A stretch of 62,519 nucleotides of DNA, filler included, from Trypethelium eluteriae (lineage: Eukaryota): NCBI GenBank assembly GCA_051942245.1. It is 2 parts of 2 records of this genome, joined end to end, with 100 filler letters (N's around TTAATTAATTAA, not from the genome) between each part and the next. Parts side by side here need not be neighbours in the genome. Positions count along the whole stretch, not along the records: positions 1 to 31,265 come from JAVECL010000276.1; 1 more part is not named here. The stretch is one strand, 5' to 3'. Both the position numbers and the translations under genes were made by a program. Positions within the stretch are counted from its first letter, which is position 1; every line of letters begins with the position of its first letter. The notes under the pieces were generated by a model that saw nothing but the letters and a program-made list of their open reading frames with translations, was not told where the DNA came from and made no database searches. Of the stretch, positions 13,001 through 24,598 are shown in pieces.

Positions 13001-13849
13001 CGAGCACTGTAAAGAAGTTCAAGCACACGTTCGAGGATTGAAGGTGAGAAGAGTGTCATGAAGGAAACCACGAAGCGCTTGCGGGGCAGGCAGGACTAAG
13101 AAGACAGCACCATTGCCGTACTCCCTTAATCATCGGTACTGGCAGGGATGGCACAAGTGGAGGCCAGAGCACAATCGCCGTTACCTCAGCAGTTCAGGGG
13201 CTCGGTCAGCACGCGCTCGAGCTAGCCAAGGGAGGATATGGACGGCGATGTCATGGACGATCGCGCGTGACAACATCCGTGATAAAACTCAGACCCACAG
13301 TTCAGGTAGGTCCATCTCCAATCTACTATCACAACCAACCAAGGATTCTGAATGGCTTGAACATCTCCGATGGCTCCGATGGTTCCAATACCCCGCTTAG
13401 AGGTCAAGAGAAAGCGAAGATGATGTGATTGTGAAAGGAATTGCCGTCGTGTAGGCTGTGTAACCTGAATCTAACCCTGCCTGAGGTGGAGTAATGCTTT
13501 CCGGGCCTGAGTGCAAATACCATCACGTGACTGTTGCTCTGAGCCATACCTCCTATCTTAAGGTACCTAACCCTAAGAACTTGGGAAAATGGGAAAGCGG
13601 TGAGTGGTGCACGAGCCTCCTGGAGCGCTGCGGCGGCTCACCTTGCCAGATCCCCAGGACCGTCCGGAGCCGTCCAGGCCGATCCCGTCTGGATGTAGGT
13701 ATGTGCACAAGAATAACGCCGTGGTCAGTTTGGCTGGGCTGCGTCATTCGCTGCTTTCAGGGGCCTCGATAGATTCTACTGACGCTACCGAGTCCGAGCA
13801 GCCTTGTCTGTCCTCGTGAATTCCGTGACAAAAACGGTCGGTCAGGACT

Positions 13850-14892
13850 TCATGCCTGGCACATGGCAGTGTTTGCACTGCCTTTGCTTGAACTGTTATT
13901 CGCTATGAAAACGAGCTCGACAGCCGCAAATCTGATGCCAGGTTAGCGCTAGCACTTGAAACGCTTAAATGCACTTACGCCGAAACCGCCGAGAAAATTT
14001 CGCTCCGTTTCGCCTTAGTAACGCACGTCATGCAGATGATGAACAAGACGCAAAAGATTGCAATGAGAATCAAGCGCATCGTCATGGAGTGAATCCAGTA
14101 TAAGATACCGAATGAGCTTATGAGGAGTACGGCCTTAAGCGTCATGACGAAGATATCTGCACAATTACGTAGGGTTGCCTCTCGATATCCAAACTCGTCG
14201 CAATTGCCCCGGAGTCGTCCAAGGCGTTGGCCAATATGTTTGTCGAACCAGAAAATGAACTTGCTCTTGACCCATTCCGTGAACAAATCATCGTCTTGTC
14301 GTGGTTTCACGCATACAAGGTCTGCCGCATGTGTGTCTGGTGCCTCCAAGGAGCCCCAGACTTTTCCATCTGGTCCCGTTAGGCCGCAATTGCCTCTATT
14401 GGGTTGTTGGAGCCACCACTGATGATATTTAAGGTCAGATTTTCGGGGCGGACGTGTGGCCGCCATTTTGATCGTCAAGAGGAAGAGTTCGTCTGAGCCA
14501 AGTTAACCATACATACATCCAACACAGCAGATACATTACCTACAGTATTCTTTCAGCGTTACCATCATTTCTTCCACAAGCTGCGACTGCTTCCTGCCTT
14601 CTTCAAAGGTTGAACCCGCTTGCTCTGAGTCTGGCTCATGCTCTTCAGTAGCTGCACGGTGCAGAAACCTCCAGTCCTTGGCATAACGCATGCGTCCCTG
14701 CTCTGACGAATGGCTGTCAGCACTGAGCTGTTCACGCAAAAGACGTTCGAGCTCCATCAGTTGTGCCTGTTTATGAAGGAGGCCGAGATTCCCCAGTTCC
14801 AGAAAGCTCCGGAAGCTGGCCGCCTCAGGCATGCGAGCGAAGTGGTGAGCTAGCCGTGGATAGCCCGGTATGTTCTCAGAAAGGCCGTCCAT
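13850..14892 (-). CDS. DUF6594-like protein with C-terminal transmembrane helices; 3 exons
   Basis: Exons 14544-14892, 13979-14492 and 13850-13931. Motifs GYPRLA, FRSFLELGNLGLLHKQAQLMELE, TLKEYYELL, DLVCV, DDLFT, hydrophobic helices, and the terminal EIFSAVSAFAAVELVFI. Confidence 0.85.
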
Positions 14893-16939
14893 TCTCTGTT
14901 CTAGTAATAGTATAAGTGGTTATGAAAAGACCTAAGACTCTTCGAAACGGACGATATACTGGAGCTAAGCAATACACCTCTCGCTAGGCATAGCTTCGGT
15001 GGGGAAACCGCTTGCATTTATCACTGACTTTGTTAGTGCAATGTACGTAGATAGCTGGGCAAGGCTTATACCGGGAGCCGCATTTCCCAGTGAGCCATGA
15101 GAGCTCTCAAGCCTATAGGGACTGCATGCTCTGCAGCTCTGCCACATTTGCATTTAGCCAGTATTCCGCTTGACTCCGTGCTGCACGCTTATATGTACTC
15201 GAAAGCTATCCAGGAGAATTACTGGCTGCCAAAAACGTCTCTTCAGCACCTCAAGTGTCGCAGTGTCGCTGCAAACGGGTTGGAATGCATATCTTGTAAC
15301 CATGACGAGCCATAGACAGCACACGCACACAGTAGGCAGGGCGTCTCAGAGAAGAGTCCAGGAAGTCCAGAACGAAGAGGAAGCAGACGACACGACTTGC
15401 CTTAGGCAATCGGTGAGGGATCTGGCAACCCAGTTGCCATGCATGGCAGAGCGAGGCGATGACAACGCTGTCGGGCGTCGAGTGTATCTGCAAGGCATTC
15501 TCGATAACATCGCTGATTATCAAGAGGTCATATCGAGCTTCAGAAGCTGCAGTCGTAGAGACTAAAGCGGTGAGGGAGGTCATCCAATCTCATATGTAGC
15601 GTGTGGTTACACACCCCTGGCACGTATGTCGCTAGGGTACCCAGAATGGGTAGCTTCGAAGGACCCCGGCCCGGTAAAGGGGGCACAAGCATTTCGCACA
15701 TTGAAGGACGCAGTACCTACGCTACGGAGCATCCCGCAGCCTACCTATTCCGTGCTTAGAAGCGATGCTAATATGCTCCCAACATGTACGAGTAGAAAGA
15801 CAACGATACTTACATAACCAGAGTTCACCCCATACAACTGTGAACAATGCAATGCAGTACTATCTCTGATATTAAAGATCCTCCACACGAGGATGAAAAA
15901 GCTCGTAGGATAGAGTACCTCAATGCCAAGGAGCACAAGGCGCCCAAGGTTACGAGTTCTGAATCTCCTTTCCTCCAAAAAGGTGCTATGATCGTCCAAA
16001 AGCCGTTTTTCTTGAAGGCAACTGAAATCAAAGGAATCAAATGATAGAGGAGAATCGCTCTTCATCATCATGCATTTTGGATGTGCCAAACGAATCACAG
16101 TAAACTCTACACATGCTGGATGAATCTAGGAAGACATACTCTACCTATTCTACTAGGGAGTCACTGGCCTCCTTTGTTGGGTCTATTGAGGACACAGGTG
16201 TCAGGTTGGTGAAGATGTTTCAAAGCACAGCTCCAGACCGCAGGTCGTAAGAATGTACTCAAGAGCCAAGCAGATAATATGGAAAAAGGAAAGGAAAAAA
16301 ACAAAAACAAAAAGCCAGCCACGCGCTTCTTGGTCCAAGAAGCAAAATTCGCCTCAAGAAAACAAGAACCTTTTTCCGTCACACTACTATTTCCTTTGAG
16401 CGCGCTATAAAACGGCTGCGATGTGTACCTGTAATTGGTTCTCATACTGAGCAGTTCCTGGCCCATGAACATCTCCATTAGGCTTTTCTGTAAGAGATTT
16501 CTTCAATTCGGACCATTAGGACCGTGAGTTGATCAAATTCTCCAAACCTGAACTTCGGAACTTACATTGCCCAAGCGATGGTGTATCCTCAGGAACGCTT
16601 TATTCCAGCCATTGACCATGGCTCTGATTACTGCTGCCCCTACGAAGAGTAAGCCTGTAGCTAGCGCTTCGCATAAATGAATATTTTCTATTACCCATGC
16701 CATCATTTGGCCAAGGCTGACGGATCTCGCTTTCTATGTCAACGGAACATCCCTTAGCCTATCCAATGTAAAGCAGACGAGATCCGCCAACTGATTCGAC
16801 AGCTTTAGTAAGGTCTGGAGATTCTATTCAGTTTATGTAGAAAGTACACTATGGTCAAGGCTGCCATCGGAGCTACCATTAAGAATGGTTTGAAAATATT
16901 CTGGTGGCCACAACGTGGACTACAATGTAAGTCCCCGCT

Positions 16940-18807
16940 TCAACCGGCAGCGGACAAGTCTAGAGGCGATGTACAAGAGAATGCATTCACCTGCGGGTTC
17001 TTGAAAGCGGTAATCAACCCCTCAATTGCCGCATACATGCCCAGTGCTGATGTTGCTAGCGCACCCCCAGTATAAAGCACGTGCGAGATATTCATGAGCA
17101 CGTTGAATAAGCCTCCCGAGAAAAATGCTCTAATCCACCGGCGCAAGCCCGTATCCCTCCGGATGACAGTGCCGGTTGTTGGATCAAAGCCATCACCATC
17201 ACTGCCCTTCATGGCCTTAAGTTTTAAGTTGTAGCCTAGTGCGAGCATCGGGGGAAACGTGTAAGTGAATTGAATGAGGGTGGCGGCCGAGATGACAGTG
17301 ACGAAGCCGATGTAGTCGGGAATGGCGGCGGCAACGACAAACGCGATACTCCAGTAGATGGGTACGAGGGCTATCCAGAGGAATTTGCCGAGCCTGGTAG
17401 TCAAGGGAGGCGCGTTAAGGAGGTCCATCAGCACGTTGTTGTAAAGCACCTTGACACCTGAGGTCCGAATTAGTATTGCTGTGGGTGGAAACATAAGGAG
17501 CACGAACCAATGTTGCCGTAGAGTCCTGCTGCAATCAAGCCAGATAGTACCGCAAGCATGTTCCCCACGGTCTGCCAGCCATAGACGGATACGCCTTGAT
17601 AGGACACTTGATAAGAGTACTGGCCTTGAAAGTGGTAGACGTAGCAGCCATAGATCATGTACACGGCATAGATGAAAAATTGTGCCCCCCACATGGCCTT
17701 GACAAAATCGCGTGGTCGTCGCATCTCAGCCATGAACTCGACGAATAATTGAGCTCCACCGTAGGCAAGGACACCAGACATGAGGCCGCTGACAGATCCG
17801 ACGACACTGCTAGGATCAGGCAGACCGTTGTAGTGGACAATGGGAGGGTAGATTCCATTCTCATCTGGAGTGATGCTATCGGGATCGACAGCAGAACCGG
17901 CAGATCCAAGAACAGAGATGGCGAAATTTGGAGGACTATGCGCTATGACGCCCATGGTGATGAATATGACCAATAGATTGAGGAAGACTGCAGCATTCGC
18001 AAGCCAACCGTAATTTCGAAGGGTTCGGATCTGACCGATTAGGAAGCCGGCAATGACAAACAGAACGACACAAACGGCATAGCAGAGTCGGAATTTGCTA
18101 ACTTGAGAAAGCCCTTGTCCATTCTGGATTGTGACTTGACCGAGGATGAGCAAGAGAGCCAGGGCCTGGAGAACGTTGATAATATGGCGCATGACAGGTC
18201 CAAAGATGCGCAAACCCAAATCACCGTAGTTACGGCACGGGAACTCGTAGGAATCCAGACCCATGAAGCATTTCCAGATGAGATAGCCTGAGTAGCCTGC
18301 CATGAAACCAAAAACAGTGTAGAGAGCAATGCCGGGTCCCCAACCCAATGTTCCCATGGCGAAACCAACACCATATGGTCCGAGAATGTCTGTTGTAATG
18401 AGATAGAAGCATGCCCCCCAGGTCGCTGAGCGCATAAGCCGCGACGCATTGATCCACTCTTCATCTGAGATTTCCAGCCGGTTGGACTGCTTAGCTATAT
18501 TGATGCTCGGAATTTCTGCAGGATCACTCTCGTCGTGGGGTTTATGGGACTGGCGATGGAGGAGAACATCAGTCAAGGTCTTCTTTTCATCTTGAAAATT
18601 GTCTTCGAGTTCGAGCACTCTCGTTTTCTGAGCGTAATAGTAATACTCTTCAAAATAGACATCCGAATCGTGTAGCTTTCGGTCTTGTGGTCTGATAAAT
18701 GTGCTTGTATGGACGACTTCTTCGCCTTTGGGCGGAGTTAGATGATCCGGGACCTCAGTGGGCGGGTGGTCACGGGCGGACTCGTATTCGGTTTTACCCG
18801 GATCCAT
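16940..18807 (-). CDS. Amino-acid permease (Aa_trans/AAAP, Mtr-like)
   Basis: ATG at 18807; intron 17458-17507 joins the two long ORFs. Multiple TM helices and motifs FYLITTDILGP, AYGGAQLFVEFMAEMRRPRDF and QFTYTFPP. Confidence 0.92.
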
Positions 18808-19963
18808 ATTGATGGTGAACCCTAGTAAAGTCCTTGGCAACGGCTCGAGGGTCCAGAGTCCAGAGGTATAGTCGAGAAGATGAGGGCTGGCGACGGGCTG
18901 CCTTGGCGGTTTTGTATGACGGTACGGCCGAAGACGACGAGGAAGCTGAAGTCCTCGTGCTTCTCCTCCAGCCTCCAGTTGCTTTCCGCGCCTTCTTGGC
19001 GATCCTGCGCCGGCATGATGATTGCGACCCTATCAGTACAGGGATGCTTTAGTGGCAAAATGGAACAACCACTCTGGATACAACCCTACCGTCCCTCTCA
19101 CTGGTCAATCTTTCATTTGTGGTAGAAAGAGCCTTCCTGCCGGTCAGTAAGATTTTAGCTTTGAATCTACGTTAAACGTGACTTGGCTGGAACTTCCATC
19201 GCATTATTGCACACGGCCGGCAAGACTCATCCCAACGTTTATCTGAAATAGGCAGGTTGATATGGAATAACGATGGGGGCTCATCACGGACCATTCGTTT
19301 TTCGGGGAGAAGACGGGTTCGTCTTACCGAAAGTTGAGACTGATTGGCTGGACTATCGACGGGAGATCCTGCAATGGGGCTAGCTACATGAGTGGCTGCG
19401 GTTGCATTGATGCGTCGGTGCGTCCATACGGAGTATTACACGAGACGCCACCACCGCACGCTCGAAGGCGACCCGCGCGCCGGTGCGTATCTTAGCTAAG
19501 CTAATTCCGCCCGCACTGTACAATTTACATCAATTTTCTGCGTCCGATGTCTACCTAGCTACGACATCCTTTCACAAACGAGAATAACCGCTGCCGAAGG
19601 AGAAAATTCGGAGGATTGTGGAGCAATAAGTTCGGATTCGCGGAGACCCTTGTGCAAATCCCTCAAATATATGCAGGTCTTAGAGGCTCCATTAGAGCAC
19701 GCAAGTCGTAGACATTAGAGGCAGGAAGTTGGCATGCACATCAGCACCATTTCCAACGTCAGTCTCGTCATCGTAGAGATCCATGAGAAAGATTATCTGA
19801 GACGGGCGTGGTGGACAGCCGTAGAATTTTATGTAGCAGTGTTCTGTAGGTAATACAAAGTTTCCATCCCGTTGGTCCCCTTCGGTCCCCTTCGGTCCCT
19901 TGTGGTCGTCTCCGATTCCCTCACTCTGCACAACCCAGCACCAAGCTTAAAATCTATTCAGCT

Positions 19964-22900
19964 TCAAATCACAATGGCCAATTCATCCCGAGCTAGGCCT
20001 TCCTCCTTAATGATTGGATAGTAAGGAACCATCGCATCCGCCTGTTGGACATAGGCCATGTTGTAAACCCGCCAATACGGATGACGCACCTTCCTTGCGC
20101 TATGGAAAAGACCGTGCCAGATGTACCCCATGAGCTTGCCCGGTCCAATAGCTAAGCGAATCGCATCTATAGCTTCGATGACTCGATCGATGACGTGCGG
20201 TGAGGTTTCGTAGATGTTCGGTAACAGGAGATTCAAGAGGTGCTCCATCGCATCTTCGCATCCCAACCCGACGACGCCAAGGGCAATATGCTTAACAACA
20301 GAAGCTGATGTCTGTCGATGGACTTGGTCTCGATCGGTTAAACCATCTGAAAGTAAGTCAATGCAGGCGAAGGCGTAGTCTTTCGCCATCTCGCCAATGT
20401 ATTCGAAGAGAAAGCTCAAGCTCTTGAGGACTCCATTTCTAACGTTCAGATCTTGCTGCCTATACTCATTCATGACAGCTGGCAGTACTGTGAAAGGAGC
20501 ACAGGACTCGGCGACAATCCCGATCGCAACCGCTGTACAGACCCGAGATTGACGTTCCTGGACCCGGAGATTGTTGAGAAGGGTGGCGAGTACATCGGAG
20601 GGCCCGATTGCTTTTGCAATGTACCCAAATGTGTTATTGGCAGCACGACGAATGCCCTTCTTGTGCGCTTTGAGTAGATCCAGAAGCTCAAAGACAATAC
20701 GCATCCATTCTCTTGCATTGACGGATTCCGGCCCGCGGTCGGCTGCACGTCCCAATAAGTCTACCGCGTTCTCCTGCACTTTCTCATGTCTGTTCCGAAG
20801 AATAGGTGTAATGCGGGGTATCAGGTCTTTGAGAGGCGGTTGCATCGAGCCGACACCCACAACGGTGACAATGCTACGGAGTGCACCAAGGATTGATCCC
20901 AAGACTTCCGGATATTCTTCGCCAAGATATTCGTATAGAGCCGTGCTCAGCTTTCCCAGGATGGCATCTTCATTACATTGCTTCAAGACAGGAGCAATGC
21001 GAGATATAAGATCCGCAGCCTGTTGACGAACGGTAGGAGATTTGTTGTTCAGCCTCCAGAGGATCGCTGAGCTCACTTGCATAAGGTAAGGATGACAACG
21101 AACGCCAAGGGCATTGACAATTGTGGCAAAGCTGTTCAAGAGGATGGCATCCTCCACTGCCTGTTCAGCAAACGCAAACAGCATGCCGTCAATCAGCCGC
21201 TCTTCCAGGCGGGCATCGATATCGGCAGCGCCTTGACTTGCAATGACCTTCTCCAGTGTTTCTGCCGTCATTTTGCGGTACGCCTCGCTCTCATCTTTCA
21301 GGTGAGACACGATGCGCTCCGTCACTTCTCCCGCACCAACCTTTTGCGCAATGTCGACAGAGGTGTCCACGACCGAGCGATAATTACGTTTGTCAAGTGC
21401 CATTCTGCGGTTCCAGAAGCACTTGAAAAACTCGGGAAGGACTCGCTCCTTGAGGAAAGTCGCCGTGACTCCGTTGGTATTTGCACACTGAGAAAGCACC
21501 TTCAAAACGACTTTCTTCATCTCCTCGTCGGGCGAAGCTGCTTCCCTCAACACAATGCTAATAATCTGTGTGCAATAGTAGTTGGCGTATTCTTCGTCCA
21601 TCAAAGGAATGATGTATCCTACGGCCTTTAGGAAACCAGCGAGGCCTTTTCCGCGCTGCTTTCGAGCTCCAGTCCAGAGAGGATTAAGAATGTCGTCAAA
21701 GGATTCGATACCGTAAGGATTCGCAGCTTCAGCAAGAGCGGCGATCGCCAAGCTTGTCACTGTGCGAACCTTTTGCTGCTCGTCATTGAGACAGTCTGAG
21801 ATGCATTCTACTAATGCGCGCAGATGTGGAAGAATTGCACATCCCATCAGAATTGGAATTTGCTGGATGACCTTAACCCCAGTGTGCCTAGCATGCCAAG
21901 ATTTTTTGCTGCGGCAAACAGCCTTGAGGAAGGGTAGTAGAGCTGGAATTCCTAAAGCAGATGCCACCACAGCTAGAGCTCTAGCCGTGGTGTTTCGGAC
22001 GTATTCGTCGCTTGAGTCGATCTCACTACGAATTGCCGCGAGCATGGTTGCAAGGCCAACTGCTCGTGATAGTGAGGCGATAATCTATGTACAAATTAGC
22101 CTGAGCTCAACTTTTGTGGGTGCGCGATGAAAGATTGAAAGCCATGAAGATGAATGAAGGAGATATAATAGAACGTACCTCACGCCCTTCGACTCGCTCG
22201 TAAAAGTCCGAACTAATAAGCATGGGTTCAATGACCACAAGCAGGCGCTTTGCCCAAGGCCTGCACAGGGCGTCGAGTTTGAAGAGGCAGCGATCGACCA
22301 CTTTGGTCAAAAGATGACGTTCTTGATCTTCAAGCGTCTTCTCCATGAGTAATGGTAGGATTTGGTTGAATAGAGGTCCAGCACCGAATTGACGTGCGTT
22401 GTCCGTAAGTTGACGAAGAGCTGTCTTCCGCATCGGAGGCGTCCCATTCTTGACTTTGAGGAGAAGCCGCATAATCTTCCGTTCACGTAACTCCTCCATG
22501 CTGAGCTCGTTTTCATCAGCGCCATCAACAAGTTTGCCGAAATAGCTCATATCCTCCGCCTTAAAGAATTGCAGGTCGCCCACGCCAGGAATCTCGGTGG
22601 GCAGTTGCTTGCCTAATGACCGAGCACTCTCTGGCTCCTGCATCATGAATCCGCCTCCATATCCTTGCGCGGCTGCTGCCGGAGTGGGAGCCGTGGTAAG
22701 CCGACGTGCAGCGGGCCGAATAGGCTCATAGCCGGGAGGAGGGTCAAGAATGTTATAGCCTTCTGCGCTTCCAGGAAGCATCTGGTCCAATTCTTCGTCG
22801 GAAAGTGGTGCGTTGCGTGAGGAAATATCTGTACCGAAGCCAGTAGTGACGGCCTGTGATGGATGGATTGGGGTGTCCAGGCCTGAATTGACGGCAGGGG

Positions 22901-23843
22901 TTGCTCCTCCAAGAGTTGGTGCTTGATCCCATCTGTTGCGCTTGGAGCCTACTTCTCCGTCAGGCGCGGGCGCTGAGTCCCATCGGCTGCGCTTGGAGTT
23001 CACTTCCCCGTCAGGTGCAGGAGCGGAGTCCCATCTTGACCGCTTGGAGGTCGCCTCTTCTTTGACGCCGTCTTCACCTGATCCTTCTGTAGACATGTCC
23101 CATCTCTTCTTCCGTTTACGTCCAACCGCGGCATCGGCCTTTGAATCATCACCATTAAGCGTCGTATCGGCTGAATCAGCTTTCTTGAGTGTGGCCTCAT
23201 TCTCCACGACACCGTCTTCGCCATTGGCTTTTTTCTCGGCAATGAGTTTAAGGACGCGCTGCTCTTCCTTGTCAAGCTCCGATTCAGCCAGAACTTCTCG
23301 GTACGTCTTTCCATCGGCTTGTCCATTTGTCTGACCGTCAGCTGCGAAAGGGTCAGCCATGGTTGGAGCAAGACTTCGCTCATATCGTCGCTTTTGATAG
23401 TCGCTCTCGCGAGACTGAATCTGTGCTTGCTTCTCCCGTCCCAAGAGAATGTCCTCTTCCTCGGCACCCCCCCTAGCGAACTCATCCATCTGCGCTTTGG
23501 TCGCGGTGTATTGCCCTACCAGTCTTCGACCACCATCGCCATCCGCATCGGCCATTTCCTCATCTTCATCGGCTACAGCAATCGATGTGTTGTAACCCGC
23601 ATATTTATCAACACCACCACGATCATAGAGATCCGTGTCGAAATTGATGTCGGTGAGGGAGGCCTTGGTGGAGGCGTCAGTTCTCTGATTAGCGGGGTCG
23701 AAGGTCTTTGAACCTTTCTTCCCAGCTGCTAGAGCATTACGCTCCTGCTGGAGCCTCGTGACTTCAGCAAATTCGGCTGGAGCAAGATCTGTCAGTTTTG
23801 AAGCAGTACGCATCTCGTGGTGATGTGACATACCGTCAGACAT
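19964..23843 (-). CDS. SF3B1: U2 snRNP splicing factor 3B subunit 1 (SF3B1/Hsh155/Prp10)
   Basis: Exons 23834-23843, 22179-23776 and 19964-22084. N-terminal RWD (ULM) motifs, [35 protein letters not shown] repeats, [35 protein letters not shown]. Confidence 0.98.
22927..23049 (-). repeat. 51-bp coding tandem repeat (about 2.4 copies) encoding [16 protein letters not shown]
   Basis: Units start at 22927, 22978 and 23029. The peptide copies are nearly identical and most DNA differences are synonymous. Confidence 0.9.
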
Positions 23844-24598
23844 CTTCAAGCAGAGAGAGTGCAGTGCAAAGAGACTGAGGTGACGCCACTCAGTCTGAGC
23901 GGTTGATAGGTGGGAGAGAGCAGATAGCCCGCTCTCTATCGACTGTGGACTATGGAGCAAGATCTCTGTTCACAAGAAGCGCGACCAGCGCCTGTTGGAA
24001 GGAGATTTGTCACTGTGAGGCAAAGTGCAGACTAAGGTTCTACCCGCATAGGTCAAGGCTAAGTCGGGTGATGACCCGTGCGCTGGTCACGTGCATTTCT
24101 GCCTTCTGGCTGTCACACTCGACTGTGCTTGCCTACTCCGTACTGGAAGCTAACAGCTAACCGAGGATTCATTACCAATTGCGAAACACTGGAAAGAATG
24201 AATACCGGTTTCCATCTCTACTCCAGCCATTCTCGGGGATGAGCCGTGCTGGGAGATTCCTCTCTTGTGTTGGCATCGGCCCTCTTGAAATTGTGCCACT
24301 GATCGAGGCATCCTTCGCTAGGAAGGCGCCGGTCAGGGTTGTAGATTCCGCCTCCTCCGTGGACGCCGTGCCGCTGACTATCCAAGTGCTTCCCGATATG
24401 AATAAGAAGGGCTCGCTGCTAGCCCATCGTTGATAATGCTGACGTCCTTTCCAAACTTTTCCCTTTTCACTTTCGACCTTCACTTCGTCGTGAGCAACTG
24501 GCAGGTATAGGACAGCGTTGAAAGTATCCTTCTGTTGGTCTTGACTCCTTCCTTTCATATTTCACACCGCTACACTGCCGTTGGACGCAAACTGTAGA

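Noticed and set aside
10750..13800. Many short ORFs in the 3-kb stretch
   Set aside because: No recognisable domain and no consistent exon chain; treated as intergenic or decayed.
15097..16478. Short ORFs between the DUF6594-like gene and the permease
   Set aside because: Some look helical, but there is no motif or splice model to support a gene.
19874..19901. GGTCCCCTTC tandem repeat (about 3 copies)
   Set aside because: Short minisatellite in the SF3B1 3' flank with no spacers; not CRISPR-like and has no evident function.
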